From positions 7,551 through 71,550 of the forward strand of contig JAJFGO010000055.1 of the NCBI GenBank assembly GCA_021776095.1: a stretch of DNA of 64,000 bases, given 5' to 3'. Origin of the DNA: Kiloniellaceae bacterium (GTDB taxonomy: Bacteria > Pseudomonadota > Alphaproteobacteria > Kiloniellales > J153). Below, in pieces: positions 20,674 to 30,150 of the stretch. Both the position numbers and the translations under genes were made by a program. Position 1 is the stretch's first letter. Every line of letters begins with the position of its first letter. Under the pieces are notes generated by a model. That model was not told the DNA's origin and did not search any database. It saw nothing but the letters and a program-made list of their open reading frames with translations.

Positions 20674-21909
20674 ATGAACGCCGCGCTCCAAAAGTTTCGC
20701 GAAGATCCGCCGCGCGCTATTTGTATTCTGCTGGTGCTGAGCCTCGTGGTATATGCCGTAATCAATGTCGGCATGCTCTATGCCAAGCTGGACTTCACGA
20801 CCGGCGATTTGGGCGGATCGGATGAGACCGATTTCTTCGTGTACTATTCCAGTGCCCGGTTCCTGGAAGAGGTCGGCATGCTGACCGCGCTGTACGACCC
20901 TGAGGCCCTGAAGGTATTCCAGATATCGATCGGTTCCGCGCCGGGCGGGCTGCATCCCTTCAACTACCCGCCGACCTACGCGCTATTGATTCAGCCGCTG
21001 GCGGCCCTGCCCTATCCGGTCGCGCTGATTTGCTGGCAATGGGGTACGATGGCGCTCTTCGCGTTGAGCCTGCGGATCGCCGGCCTGCATTGGTTCGCGA
21101 TCCTGGCGGCCGTCGCCGCACCGGCTTCGATCATGAACTTCGCCGGCGGGCAGACCGGTTTTCTCACCTCCGCACTGTTCCTCGCCGGCGCTACATTGGC
21201 GGCCCGCAAACCCTTGGCGGCCGGCGCCCTTTTCGGGCTGCTCACGATCAAGCCACACCTTGGCTTGCTGATCCCCTTCGCCCTGCTAGCCAAGCGTCAA
21301 TGGCGGATCATCCTCGCGGCGACTGTCGTCACAGCCGCGCTGACCGGGCTTGCAATATGGGCCTTCGACATTGTGACTTGGGCAGATTACCTAGACTATC
21401 TGGCGTGGTTTACCGCGAAAGCAGCGAAGGAAAAGATCGGCGATTTCCTCCGCTATTCCATCAGCGTGACCCTCGCGGCACAGGTTCTTCAGCTTTCCGG
21501 GCCGATAGCACTCACGCTGCAAGCCGCCGTGACCATGCCGGTCTGCGTTTGTATCTACTGGGCCTTTCGTCAGCGGGCGGAACCGGACTTGCAACTGGCC
21601 CTGCTCTTTGCCGGTACCGGCCTAGCGGTGCCCTATGGCTATGTCTACGACATGCCGATTTTGGCGGTGGCGGCGATTTTGATGGCGCTCCGGGGCTTGC
21701 GCCACGGGTTCCGGCCCTATGAGGGTCTTTTTACCCTGTGGGCCTATCTTCTGCCCTTCGTCGGGCCGCCTATGAACCAGGTCGGGATTCCCGTGGCGCC
21801 CCTGATCCACCTAGTCTTTTTCGTATTTATCCTGACCCGACTGCGGTCCGGCCTGGCGGCCGCACCGCAAGTTGGCGAACGGCGCGTTGCCGAAGCCTTG
21901 CGCCTGTGA
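20674..21909 (+). CDS. Polytopic membrane glycosyltransferase, GT87/DUF2029-like
   Basis: 411 aa with more than 9 TM segments. DFFVYYSSARF near the N-terminus resembles the DUF2029 signature. Family call is moderate. Confidence 0.55.
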   Translation: MNAALQKFREDPPRAICILLVLSLVVYAVINVGMLYAKLDFTTGDLGGSDETDFFVYYSSARFLEEVGMLTALYDPEALKVFQISIGSAPGGLHPFNYPPTYALLIQPLAALPYPVALICWQWGTMALFALSLRIAGLHWFAILAAVAAPASIMNFAGGQTGFLTSALFLAGATLAARKPLAAGALFGLLTIKPHLGLLIPFALLAKRQWRIILAATVVTAALTGLAIWAFDIVTWADYLDYLAWFTAKAAKEKIGDFLRYSISVTLAAQVLQLSGPIALTLQAAVTMPVCVCIYWAFRQRAEPDLQLALLFAGTGLAVPYGYVYDMPILAVAAILMALRGLRHGFRPYEGLFTLWAYLLPFVGPPMNQVGIPVAPLIHLVFFVFILTRLRSGLAAAPQVGERRVAEALRL

Positions 21910-21943
21910 GCCAATCCATGGTTCGGCGGGCAGCTGGACGGAG

Positions 21944-23434
21944 TTAGATCCCGCCCATGCAGAGATACTTGATCTCCAAGAAATCATCCATGCCGTAGCG
22001 CGAGCCTTCGCGCCCGACGCCGGATTCCTTGACGCCGCCGAAGGGCGCCACCTCGGTTGAGATAATCCCGGTGTTGATGCCGACGATGCCGGTTTCCAAG
22101 CCTTCACCGACCCGCCAGACGCGGCCCAGATCGCGGGCGTAGAAGTAGGCGGCTAGGCCGAATTCGGTATCGTTGGCCATGGCAATGCCTTGTTCCTCGG
22201 TCGTGAAGCGGAACAATGGCGCCACCGGCCCAAAGGTTTCCTCGCGCGTGACCTTCATGTCGGTGGTCACCTCGGTCAGCACGGTCGGCTGGTAGAAGGT
22301 GCCGCCCCTTTCGTGACGCGCGCCGCCGACCGCGATCTTGGCGCCCTTCTCGGTGGCGTCGGCGACATGCTGTTCGACCTTTTCCAAACCCGCAACGTCG
22401 ATGAGCGGCCCCTGACTGACGCCGGCTTCCAACCCGAAGCCGACCTTCAGGCCCTTGACCGCTTCGGCCAGCTTGGCCGCGAAGGCGTCGTAGACCCCGT
22501 CCTGGACCAGGATTCTGTTCGCGCAGACGCAGGTTTGCCCGGTATTGCGGAACTTGCTCATCATGGCGCCTTCGACCGCGGCGTCGAGGTCGGCGTCGTC
22601 GAAGACCAGGAAGGGCGCATTGCCGCCCAGCTCCATGCTAACCTTCTTGACCGTGCCGGCGCACTGCTCCAGCAGAACCTTGCCGACCTCGGTCGAACCG
22701 GTGAATGACAGTTTGCGCACGATCGGGTTGGCGGTTAGCTCGCCCCCAATATCGCGGGCCGAACCGGTGACGACGTTGAGGACACCCGCCGGGATACCGG
22801 CCCGCGCCGCCAACTCGGCCAGCGCCAGGGCGGAATAGGGGGTTGCCGTGGCCGGCTTGATCACGACGGTGCAGCCGGCCGCCAGGGCCGGGCCTGCCTT
22901 GCGGGTGATCATGGCGTTGGGGAAGTTCCAGGGCGTGATTGCGGCAACCACGCCGATCGGCTGCTTGATGACGATGATACGCTTGTCGGCCTGATGCTGC
23001 GGGATGGTGTCGCCGTAAATGCGCTTACCCTCCTCGGCGAACCATTCGATGAAACTGGCGCCATAGGCGACCTCACCCATGGATTCGGCTAGGGGCTTGC
23101 CTTGCTCCAGGGTCATGAGGACCGCCAAGTCCTCTTGATTTTCCATCATGAGATTGAACCAGACGCGCAGGATGTTGGCCCGTTCCTTGGCGGTCTTGGC
23201 GCGCCAGGCCGGCCAGGCGCGGTTCGCGGCCTCGATCGCCCGGGCGGTCTCGTCCCGGCCCATTTTGGGGATCGTGCCCAGAACCTCGTCGGTCGCCGGA
23301 TTGGTGACCTCGATCGAGGCGCCGCTATCGGCGTCGGCCCATTGGCCGTCGATGTAGCATTGCCGCCGGAACAGCGCGCCGTCTTTCAGTTGCGGCGTGC
23401 CATCGCCGGATATGGTCTGCGCTTGCGCGGACAT
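21944..23434 (-). CDS. gabD: NAD(P)+-dependent succinate-semialdehyde dehydrogenase
   Basis: 496 aa ALDH. SMELGGNAPF, FRNTGQTCVCANR, EETFGPVAP. Confidence 0.9.
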   Translation of the reverse strand: MSAQAQTISGDGTPQLKDGALFRRQCYIDGQWADADSGASIEVTNPATDEVLGTIPKMGRDETARAIEAANRAWPAWRAKTAKERANILRVWFNLMMENQEDLAVLMTLEQGKPLAESMGEVAYGASFIEWFAEEGKRIYGDTIPQHQADKRIIVIKQPIGVVAAITPWNFPNAMITRKAGPALAAGCTVVIKPATATPYSALALAELAARAGIPAGVLNVVTGSARDIGGELTANPIVRKLSFTGSTEVGKVLLEQCAGTVKKVSMELGGNAPFLVFDDADLDAAVEGAMMSKFRNTGQTCVCANRILVQDGVYDAFAAKLAEAVKGLKVGFGLEAGVSQGPLIDVAGLEKVEQHVADATEKGAKIAVGGARHERGGTFYQPTVLTEVTTDMKVTREETFGPVAPLFRFTTEEQGIAMANDTEFGLAAYFYARDLGRVWRVGEGLETGIVGINTGIISTEVAPFGGVKESGVGREGSRYGMDDFLEIKYLCMGGI

Positions 23435-23831
23435 GATTTGCCTCCGATTGGTGTGATGACGAGCTTTGGGTTCCCTGGCTCGATGAGCCTTGGAGCCAAT
23501 ATAGGCCCGCCCCGGAAGCAGCGAAAGGGGCGCCCAATTCGGGGGGCGCCTTAGTTTGGGCTCTTATGCGCTCGTTGCGCGGGATGGGCGGCAAGAAGAG
23601 TCGGAGGTGTGCCGGCAACGGGCCCGATCGACGGCCATAATCATGGGATTGGAATGGCGGCGTCTCGTTACCTATATCCGAGCCAAAAAAGGGGTTATGT
23701 TGTTGATATTATTTATATGGTGCGATGCAATATTTCCTTGCTGCACTGCACAATAACCTTTATATGGAAAGGGATAACGAATAAGCGTCTCGACAACGCG
23801 AGGCACAGGCAGCCAGGATTGGAGATTAGTC

Positions 23832-24650
23832 ATGAGAATCAATGGGAAAGTCGCAGTCGTCACCGGTGCATCCGGCGGTATCGGGTACGCGGTGTGCGAG
23901 GAACTCGTCGGGCGCGGCGCCGAGCATGTGGCTCTGGTCGATCTCGACGACGGCGTCATCGATTCAGCTGACCGACTCAATCGTGGATCCAACCGAAACG
24001 TCGCCACAGCCTATCAAGGCAACACGACCGACACGGATTTCCGCAAAGGCGTTTTTGACGATATCTGCGCCAAATATGGGCAGGTCAATATCTGTGTGCC
24101 GGCGGCGGGAATCGTTCGCGACGCCTTGGCGGTGAAAATAAACAAGGCCACGGGGCGGGCTGAAATCTATGACGAGAAAAATTTCCGCCTGGTCGCCGAG
24201 GTGAACTACATCGCGCCGATTTACTGGGCCATGGAAACGGTCGGCCGCATTGTCGAAAGTCGGTTCAAACGCGGCCTGGGCAAGTGGGGCCCCACCGAAG
24301 AGATGGAAGGGGCGATCATCTTCATTGGCTCCGTCGCCTCACAGGGCAACAAGGGTCAAATCTCCTATGCCTCCACCAAGGCTGCGCTGGAAGGCGCGGC
24401 ATCGACCCTGATGAAGGAAGCCATTTTCCATGGCGTTCGGTGCTCAATCATTCATCCCGGTTTCACCGACACACCGATCTTGCGGGCGATGGGCGAGGAA
24501 TACTTGGCCAAGTACGTCCTTCCCGACACGCAATTGGGTCGTTTGATCAAGCCCGAAGAAATCGCCGACGCGATTTGCTTCATGATTACGAACCAAGCCG
24601 TAAGCGGCGAAATCTGGGCGGATGCCGGCTGGCATCCGGCGGCGGCCTGA
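23832..24650 (+). CDS. SDR-family oxidoreductase
   Basis: TGASGGIG cofactor motif and YASTKAA catalytic motif. Confidence 0.85.
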   Translation: MRINGKVAVVTGASGGIGYAVCEELVGRGAEHVALVDLDDGVIDSADRLNRGSNRNVATAYQGNTTDTDFRKGVFDDICAKYGQVNICVPAAGIVRDALAVKINKATGRAEIYDEKNFRLVAEVNYIAPIYWAMETVGRIVESRFKRGLGKWGPTEEMEGAIIFIGSVASQGNKGQISYASTKAALEGAASTLMKEAIFHGVRCSIIHPGFTDTPILRAMGEEYLAKYVLPDTQLGRLIKPEEIADAICFMITNQAVSGEIWADAGWHPAAA

Positions 24651-24688
24651 ATTCCGAAGCGCCCGCGCGGTTCCCCCTTGCGGGCCGC

Positions 24689-25252
24689 TCAGTAGGCCCA
24701 GGACGCGGCGCAGGGCTCCGGCTCTAGGCTGAGGGCCGGTGTCCGTGCCTGGGCCGGGCGAACCGCCTTGCGGCTCAAGCGCCCGGCGGTTGAGCGATGA
24801 TCGGCGGCGCTCTGGTAGCGGACCTTGATCTTGGCCAAGGCGGCGCGCCAGGCGTCCGGCGAGGTATCCGGCGCAACCTCGAAGGCATCGAAGCCGCAGC
24901 GTAGCAGGAACAGGGCCTGATCGCGCAGCACATGGCCCACGGCGCGAAGCTCCCCGGTGAAGCCGTAACGCTCGCGCAGGAGGCGGGCGCTGGAATACGG
25001 TCGGCCGTCGGTGAACTTGGGAAACGCCAACGCAATGACGCCGAAATGCTCCAGCTCCTCGGCGATGGCCCGGGGCGATTGATCGCTACGCAAGCGCAGC
25101 CCGATCGGCACACCCGCCTCCATCAGCGTTTCGCGCTCTGCTTGCCAGCGCTCCAGGCTGACGATCGGCCAGACGCCGGGCGCCAGCGGCGCGCCGTCAT
25201 CGAGCGAGGTCCAGACATCTTCGACGATCTGCGAATCCTTAATGAGGGGCAT
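24689..25252 (-). CDS. DUF934 protein (sulfite-reductase-associated)
   Basis: Start at MPLIKDSQ. FPKFTDGRPYSSARLLRERYGF is the DUF934 hallmark. It overlaps cysI by 14 nt. Confidence 0.8.
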   Translation of the reverse strand: MPLIKDSQIVEDVWTSLDDGAPLAPGVWPIVSLERWQAERETLMEAGVPIGLRLRSDQSPRAIAEELEHFGVIALAFPKFTDGRPYSSARLLRERYGFTGELRAVGHVLRDQALFLLRCGFDAFEVAPDTSPDAWRAALAKIKVRYQSAADHRSTAGRLSRKAVRPAQARTPALSLEPEPCAASWAY

Positions 25253-26894
25253 AGAGCTTCTCCTTGAAGGGATCGAATCCGACCCGGGCGAGGGTTTGGT
25301 TGAAGGCTTCACCGTTCCGGCGCTGGCCAAGATAGGTATCGACGATGGTCTCGACCGCGTCGACCACGGTGTCGTAGGAAAATGCCGGTCCAACGATCCG
25401 CCCGAGTACCGCGTTCTCGTCGGCGTTGCCGCCCAGCGTGATTTGATAGAATTCTTGGCCTTTCTTATCGACACCCAGAATGCCGATATGGCCGACGTGA
25501 TGATGCCCACAAGCATTGATACAGCCGGAAATCTTGAGCTTCAGGCCGCCGATGTCGTGTTGGCGTTCGATGTCCGCGAATCGCCGGCTGATCCGTTGCG
25601 CCACGGGGATCGAGCGCGCGGTGGCCAGATTGCAGTAATCCAGCCCCGGGCAGGAGATGATGTCGGAGATCAGGCCCGCATTGGCGCTCGCCAGCTCGGC
25701 CGCGATTAAACCCTGCCAGACGGCATAAAGATCCGCTTGGCGGACATGGGCCAGGACCAAGTTCTGTTCGTGGCTAACGCGAATTTCGTCGAAGCTGTAA
25801 CGCGCCGCCAAGTCGGCCACGGCCTCCATCTGCGCCGCCGTGGCGTCGCCCGGCACGCCGCCTTCCGGCTTCAACGAGACCGTGACGATGGCATAGCCCG
25901 GTGCCTTGTGAGCGTCGACGTTGTTGCGCACCCAGCGGGCGAAATCCCGGTTCTCGAAACGCTGCGCCTCGAAGCTCGCGGTGACCGCCGGCAGGTCGTC
26001 GAAGGGCGGCGGCGCGAAATAGGCCTGAATGCGCGCAAACTCTTCGTCCGGCAGGTCGACGTCCCAATCCTTGAGGAATTGCCATTCTTTCTCGACCATC
26101 TCGGCGAAGGCCTTGGCGCCGATCTCCTTGACCAGGATCTTGATGCGCGCCTTGTAGATATTGTCGCGCCGGCCGAGCTCGTTATAGACCCGCAGGATGG
26201 CTTCCAAATAGGACAAGAGATAGCGCTTGGGCAGGAACTCGCGGATCGTCTCGCCGATCAGCGGCGTGCGGCCCAGGCCGCCGCCCACGATAACCTTGAA
26301 CCCGGCCCGCCCGCGCGCGTCGCGCACCATCTGCAGGCCGATGTCGTGAACCTTGATCGCCGCGCGATCGTTCGAGGCACCCGTCACCGCCACCTTGAAC
26401 TTGCGCGGCAAGAACGAGAACTCGGGATGCAGGCTCGACCATTGCCGGATCACCTCGGCGGTGACGCGGGGGTCCTCGATTTCGTCCGCCGCGGCACCCG
26501 CGAAATGATCGGCGGTCACATTGCGGATGCAATTGCCGCTGGTCTGAATCGCGTGCATCTCGACCTCGGCCAACTCAGCCAGGATGTCGGCTGCTTCTTC
26601 CAATTTCGGCCAGTTGAACTGGATGTTCTGGCGCGTCGTGAAATGGCCGTATCCCTTGTCGTAACGCCGCGCGATGTGCGCCAGCTTGCGCATTTGCTGC
26701 GACGACAATGTGCCGTAGGGCACAGCGACCCGCAGCATGTAAGCGTGAAGCTGAAGATAGAGGCCATTCATCAGGCGCAGGGGCTTGAACTCATCCTCGG
26801 TCAGTTCGCCGCTCAAACGGCGGGCGACCTGTTCGCGGAACTGCGCGACCCTTTCTTCCACAAATGTATGGTCGAACTCGTCGTAACGGTACAT
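25239..26894 (-). CDS. cysI: Sulfite reductase hemoprotein (nitrite/sulfite reductase family)
   Basis: Start at MYRYDEFD. TTRQNIQFNW, and siroheme/4Fe-4S cysteines SCPGLDYCNLA...SGCINACGHHH. Confidence 0.9.
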   Translation of the reverse strand: MYRYDEFDHTFVEERVAQFREQVARRLSGELTEDEFKPLRLMNGLYLQLHAYMLRVAVPYGTLSSQQMRKLAHIARRYDKGYGHFTTRQNIQFNWPKLEEAADILAELAEVEMHAIQTSGNCIRNVTADHFAGAAADEIEDPRVTAEVIRQWSSLHPEFSFLPRKFKVAVTGASNDRAAIKVHDIGLQMVRDARGRAGFKVIVGGGLGRTPLIGETIREFLPKRYLLSYLEAILRVYNELGRRDNIYKARIKILVKEIGAKAFAEMVEKEWQFLKDWDVDLPDEEFARIQAYFAPPPFDDLPAVTASFEAQRFENRDFARWVRNNVDAHKAPGYAIVTVSLKPEGGVPGDATAAQMEAVADLAARYSFDEIRVSHEQNLVLAHVRQADLYAVWQGLIAAELASANAGLISDIISCPGLDYCNLATARSIPVAQRISRRFADIERQHDIGGLKLKISGCINACGHHHVGHIGILGVDKKGQEFYQITLGGNADENAVLGRIVGPAFSYDTVVDAVETIVDTYLGQRRNGEAFNQTLARVGFDPFKEKLYAPH

Positions 26895-26910
26895 GGCGGC
26901 TGGTCCTCGC

Positions 26911-27219
26911 TTACCTACGCCCAGGTATCTCGGCCTGACGGCCAAGATCGCTGCGCACCGTCGGGCCAAGGGCGCGGATATTTTCGCGGTTGCTGGCCGG
27001 GCGCGGGGCCGTCGCCTCGTCAATCACGTCCATCAGGTAAGGGCCGACCACATTGGTCCTGTGCGCCGGCGCCTCGGCGCGGGCCAAAAGGGCCGCGGCC
27101 TCGTCCTGGCTTCGGGCGACGGCGGCACCGCCCAAACGTTCGCCCCAGATGTCGTCTCGCCCCAGGTAAATCACGGCACCGTCGCCCAGGCGGTTCGCGG
27201 TCACGATCTGCGCGGTCAT
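26911..27219 (-). CDS. DUF2849 protein
   Basis: 102 aa. VTANRLGDGAVIYL... in the position between cysG and cysI that is typical for alphaproteobacteria. Confidence 0.7.
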   Translation of the reverse strand: MTAQIVTANRLGDGAVIYLGRDDIWGERLGGAAVARSQDEAAALLARAEAPAHRTNVVGPYLMDVIDEATAPRPASNRENIRALGPTVRSDLGRQAEIPGRR

Positions 27220-27236
27220 TCCCTAGATCTCCTTAC

Positions 27237-28640
27237 TCAGACGGCCAGCGCGTGCGGCGCGGCGATGTGCGTGGCGGCGTCCGCGTGACGGGCGACCTCG
27301 CCGATCACGATGATCGCGGGACCGCGCACACCGTGGTTACGAAGCAGCGCCGGAAGCCCCTGCAACGCGCCCAGGATCACGCGCTCGTCGCTTCGGGTGC
27401 CATTCTCGATCACCGCAAGCGGTGTGTCCCCGGACAGGCCATGAGCGATCAGGCGTTGCGTGGTACGCTCGGCCGTGGCGACACCCATGTAGATCACTAG
27501 GGTGTGGCGCGAGCCCGCCAGCGCCGCCCAGTCGGGCTCGGGGGCGCCGTCCTTGCCCTGGCCGGTGACCAAGGTTACCGCCGCCGCATGGTCGCGGTGC
27601 GTGAGCGGGATACCCGCCACAGCGCCGCAGGCCGTGGCCGCGGTGATGCCGGGCACCACTTGGACCGCGACTCCATGGCGGCGCAGGTAATCCCGCTCCT
27701 CCCCGCCTCGGCCGAAGACGAAGGGGTCGCCGCCTTTGAGGCGCACAACCCGCTTGCCAGCACGCGCGTAGGCGCGCAGCAAGGCATTGATCTCATCTTG
27801 GCTCTTGGCTTGGTGACCGCGCGATTTGCCGACATAAACACGCACCGCGTCGCGTCGCGCGTGCTCCAGAACGCCAGGCCCAACCAGGCGGTCGTAAACG
27901 ATGACCTCGGCATCCTGCAGCAGCGCAGCGGCCCGCAGGGTCAAGAGGTCCGGATCGCCCGGACCCGCCCCAACGATGGCGACCGAACCGGCCGGAACCA
28001 GTTTCTTGGGCCGACGGTTGACCAAATCCAGGATCTTCTCCCGGGCCTGGCTCTCGCGCCCAGCCAGCGCGTCTGCGGCCGCTGGCCCATCGAAGAAATT
28101 CTCCCAGAACCGGCGGCGGGCGGATTCGCTGGGATAGGTCGCCTTGACCGAGTCCCGAAAGCTGTCCGCGAGCTCGGCAAGGCGGCCAAGGCGGGCCGGC
28201 AGCAAGGCCTCGATCCGGGCCCGCAGGCGGCGTGCCAGGACCGGCGCGGTGCCGCCGCTCGAGACCGCAACCACGATCGGATCGCGGTCGACGATGGCCG
28301 GCACCGTGAAGGACGAGAGCGCGGGCCGATCGACAATATTGACCGGCACGCCCCGTGCCGCCGCGGCCTCGGCCAGACGGGTATCGATCTCGTCCTGCCC
28401 ACTCGCACCGATGGCAAGGACCCGGCCTTGCAGGTCGCCATCGACAAAACCGCGCCGGACGAGGTCGACCTCGCCCGCCGCCGCCAGGTCCGCGATCTCC
28501 TCGATAGGATCGCGCGCCACCACCGTGACCCGTGCGCGGGCGCGGCGCAGCAGGCGGAGCTTTCGCGCCGCCGCTTCACCGCCGCCCACGACGAGGCAGG
28601 GTTTGTCGACCAAATCGAAAAAGGTGGGAAAAAAACGCAT
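27237..28640 (-). CDS. cysG: Siroheme synthase (precorrin-2 dehydrogenase/ferrochelatase + uroporphyrinogen-III methyltransferase)
   Basis: Start at MRFFPTFFDL. VVGGGEAAARK Rossmann motif. VGAGPGDPDLLT and GDPFVFGRGGEE methyltransferase motifs. Confidence 0.9.
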   Translation of the reverse strand: MRFFPTFFDLVDKPCLVVGGGEAAARKLRLLRRARARVTVVARDPIEEIADLAAAGEVDLVRRGFVDGDLQGRVLAIGASGQDEIDTRLAEAAAARGVPVNIVDRPALSSFTVPAIVDRDPIVVAVSSGGTAPVLARRLRARIEALLPARLGRLAELADSFRDSVKATYPSESARRRFWENFFDGPAAADALAGRESQAREKILDLVNRRPKKLVPAGSVAIVGAGPGDPDLLTLRAAALLQDAEVIVYDRLVGPGVLEHARRDAVRVYVGKSRGHQAKSQDEINALLRAYARAGKRVVRLKGGDPFVFGRGGEERDYLRRHGVAVQVVPGITAATACGAVAGIPLTHRDHAAAVTLVTGQGKDGAPEPDWAALAGSRHTLVIYMGVATAERTTQRLIAHGLSGDTPLAVIENGTRSDERVILGALQGLPALLRNHGVRGPAIIVIGEVARHADAATHIAAPHALAV

Positions 28641-28871
28641 AAGACTCGCTCCAGGTTCCAAACAAGGGCCCACGGAGCAAATCCGTGGCGCTTTAGCACT
28701 TGTTAACGCGGTTGCAAGCTGCCCACTCAAATTCCGCGGGTCCGTTTAAGGCCGGACCAAACCCAACAAAAAAACCGCCCCTCAGCGTTTGCCGGGCGGT
28801 TTATCCGTAAAACCGCCGCTTAGCTGTCTCTAGCCGGGCACCCGCAAGCAGACGGATCGAAATCGGTGCCT
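28641..28871 (-). promoter_or_regulatory. Conserved 5' leader, copy A (upstream of cysG operon), with attenuator architecture
   Basis: Near-identical to 29741-29968. Reading on the minus strand: AGGCACC...GGTGCC hairpin, GGCGGTT / AACCGCC / GGCGGTT alternative pairings, U-tract, CCACGGA-TTTGC-TCCGTGG hairpin, GGAGCG Shine-Dalgarno 8 nt before ATG. A TTGACT -35-like hexamer (28902-28907) lies 30 nt upstream of the first conserved base. Confidence 0.6.
28768..28802 (-). terminator. Intrinsic terminator hairpin + U7 inside leader A (also positioned to terminate cysH)
   Basis: Minus strand: AAACCGCCCGGCAAACGCTGAGGGGCGGTTTTTTT. Confidence 0.7.
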
Positions 28872-29002
28872 GGGGTTAGAGTTGTCCCTCCTTGTTGTGT
28901 AAGTCAAGTGGTAATTACGTATTTTAATAGCACAATGATGTAATTTTACGATAAAATTATGTGTTTTTTCTGATTTACGATGTCGAACCAGTAGGTTACC
29001 CA

Positions 29003-29740
29003 TCACGCGCTAGGCCCGACCGGCCAGTGAATGCCGCATTCGCTCTTGCCTAATCCGGCCCAGCGACCCGCCCGGGCTGCTTCCCCCGGTGCCGTGCATC
29101 GGGTGCAGGTTGCGCAACCGATCGAACGGTACCCTTCTTCGACCATGGGGTGACGCGGCAGATCCGAGGCCGCGAAGGCGGCCTCGACCCGATCCGAACT
29201 CCAGCGTGCCAAAGGGTTGACCCTGATCCGGCCATCGGCCGCCTCGACCGTCTCCAATCCGGTCCGGGCATCGCCCTGATAGCGTTTGCGTCCTGTGATC
29301 CAGGCGTCGAAGCCGGACAATGCCCGTTTGAGGGGCAGCACCTTGCGCAGATGACAGCAGTGATCGGGCCCGTCGCGCCAGAGTATGCCGAGGGGATCCA
29401 GATGAGCGGCCGCTAGAGGATCGGGCGTAACGATGCGAAGGTCGCGCAACCCCAGGCGCGCGGTCACTTCCTCGCGATAGGCCAGGGTTTCTGGAAAATG
29501 CTTGCCAGTATCCAAAAAGACTACCGGAGTCGCCGGTTCGATCTCGGCAACCAGGTGCAAGAGCACGGCCGCCTCGGCCCCGAACGAGGACACAACGGCA
29601 ATGCGCCCGGGAAACTCGCGATGGATCAGGGGGGCCAGGAGGGCGCCACCGTCCAGGCCCGCGTAGTTGGCCTTCAGGCGGTCAACACGGCGCCACGCCC
29701 GGTCGTCCAAGTCATCGCGATCGACAGTGGATGGGGTCAT
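29003..29740 (-). CDS. cysH: Phosphoadenosine/adenosine 5'-phosphosulfate reductase, Fe-S type
   Basis: Start at MTPSTVDR. VSSFGAEAAV, CCHLRKV, C-terminal CATCT...KSECGIH cluster motif suggests the APS-reductase type. Confidence 0.9.
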   Translation of the reverse strand: MTPSTVDRDDLDDRAWRRVDRLKANYAGLDGGALLAPLIHREFPGRIAVVSSFGAEAAVLLHLVAEIEPATPVVFLDTGKHFPETLAYREEVTARLGLRDLRIVTPDPLAAAHLDPLGILWRDGPDHCCHLRKVLPLKRALSGFDAWITGRKRYQGDARTGLETVEAADGRIRVNPLARWSSDRVEAAFAASDLPRHPMVEEGYRSIGCATCTRCTAPGEAARAGRWAGLGKSECGIHWPVGPSA

Positions 29741-29968
29741 CGGGATCGCTCCAGGTTCCAAACAAGGGCCCACGGAGCAAATCCGTGGCGCTTTAGCGCT
29801 TTTTAGCGTGGTCGCAAGCTGCCCGCTCAAATCCCACGGGTCCGTTTAAGGCCGGACCGGGCCCAACAAAAAACCGCCTCGGCGTTCGCCAGGCGGTTTG
29901 TTCCTCGAACCGCCGCTTAGCTGAACCTAGCTAGGCACCCGCAAGCAGACGGATCGAAATCGGTGCCT
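29741..29968 (-). promoter_or_regulatory. Conserved 5' leader, copy B (upstream of cysH), with attenuator architecture
   Basis: Same element as 28641-28871. TTGACA (29999-30004) lies exactly 30 nt upstream of AGGCACC, as in copy A. No minus-strand gene lies immediately upstream that its terminator could serve. Confidence 0.6.
29868..29898 (-). terminator. Intrinsic terminator hairpin + U6 inside leader B
   Basis: Minus strand: AAACCGCCTGGCGAACGCCGAGGCGGTTTTTT. The stem base pair T-A here is C-G in copy A, a compensatory change. Confidence 0.7.
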
Positions 29969-30150
29969 ATCGCTACAATTGGCCAACTTGGGTGCGGGTG
30001 TCAACTATTTTGCACGCGACGGCGAAAATTCACCCGACGTCTCCACATATGTTTCGCAGCGGGAACGCGCGAGCACCCAGCCGCGTATCACGGGTTGAAA
30101 GCCGCGCGAGGGCTACAAAGCTCCGCGCGCGCCAACCCGAGGAGACTTCC

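Noticed and set aside
25737-27500. 587-aa plus-strand ORF.
   Set aside because: It is antisense to cysI, DUF2849 and the cysG 3' end, all of which have clear family motifs on the minus strand.
28690-28720. Possible resemblance of 'gctaaaaagcgctaaagcgcc' in the leader to the AAAGCU-type 3' strand of SAM-II riboswitches.
   Set aside because: Only a few nucleotides match from memory. The position, downstream of the terminator, and the overall architecture do not fit the compact SAM-II pseudoknot. It cannot be supported without a covariance-model search.
28641-28730. In-frame N-terminal extensions 'MSGQLATALTSAKAPRICSVGPCLEPGASL' (cysG) and the near-identical 'MSGQLATTLKSAKAPRICSVGPCLEPGAIP' (cysH, 29741-29830), as drawn in the ORF track.
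   Set aside because: Both begin at TTG, not ATG. They would put the same 30-aa peptide on two unrelated enzymes. A Shine-Dalgarno (GGAGCG) sits 8 nt before the internal ATG, where the conserved enzyme sequence begins. The conservation is better explained at the RNA level (hairpins, terminator).
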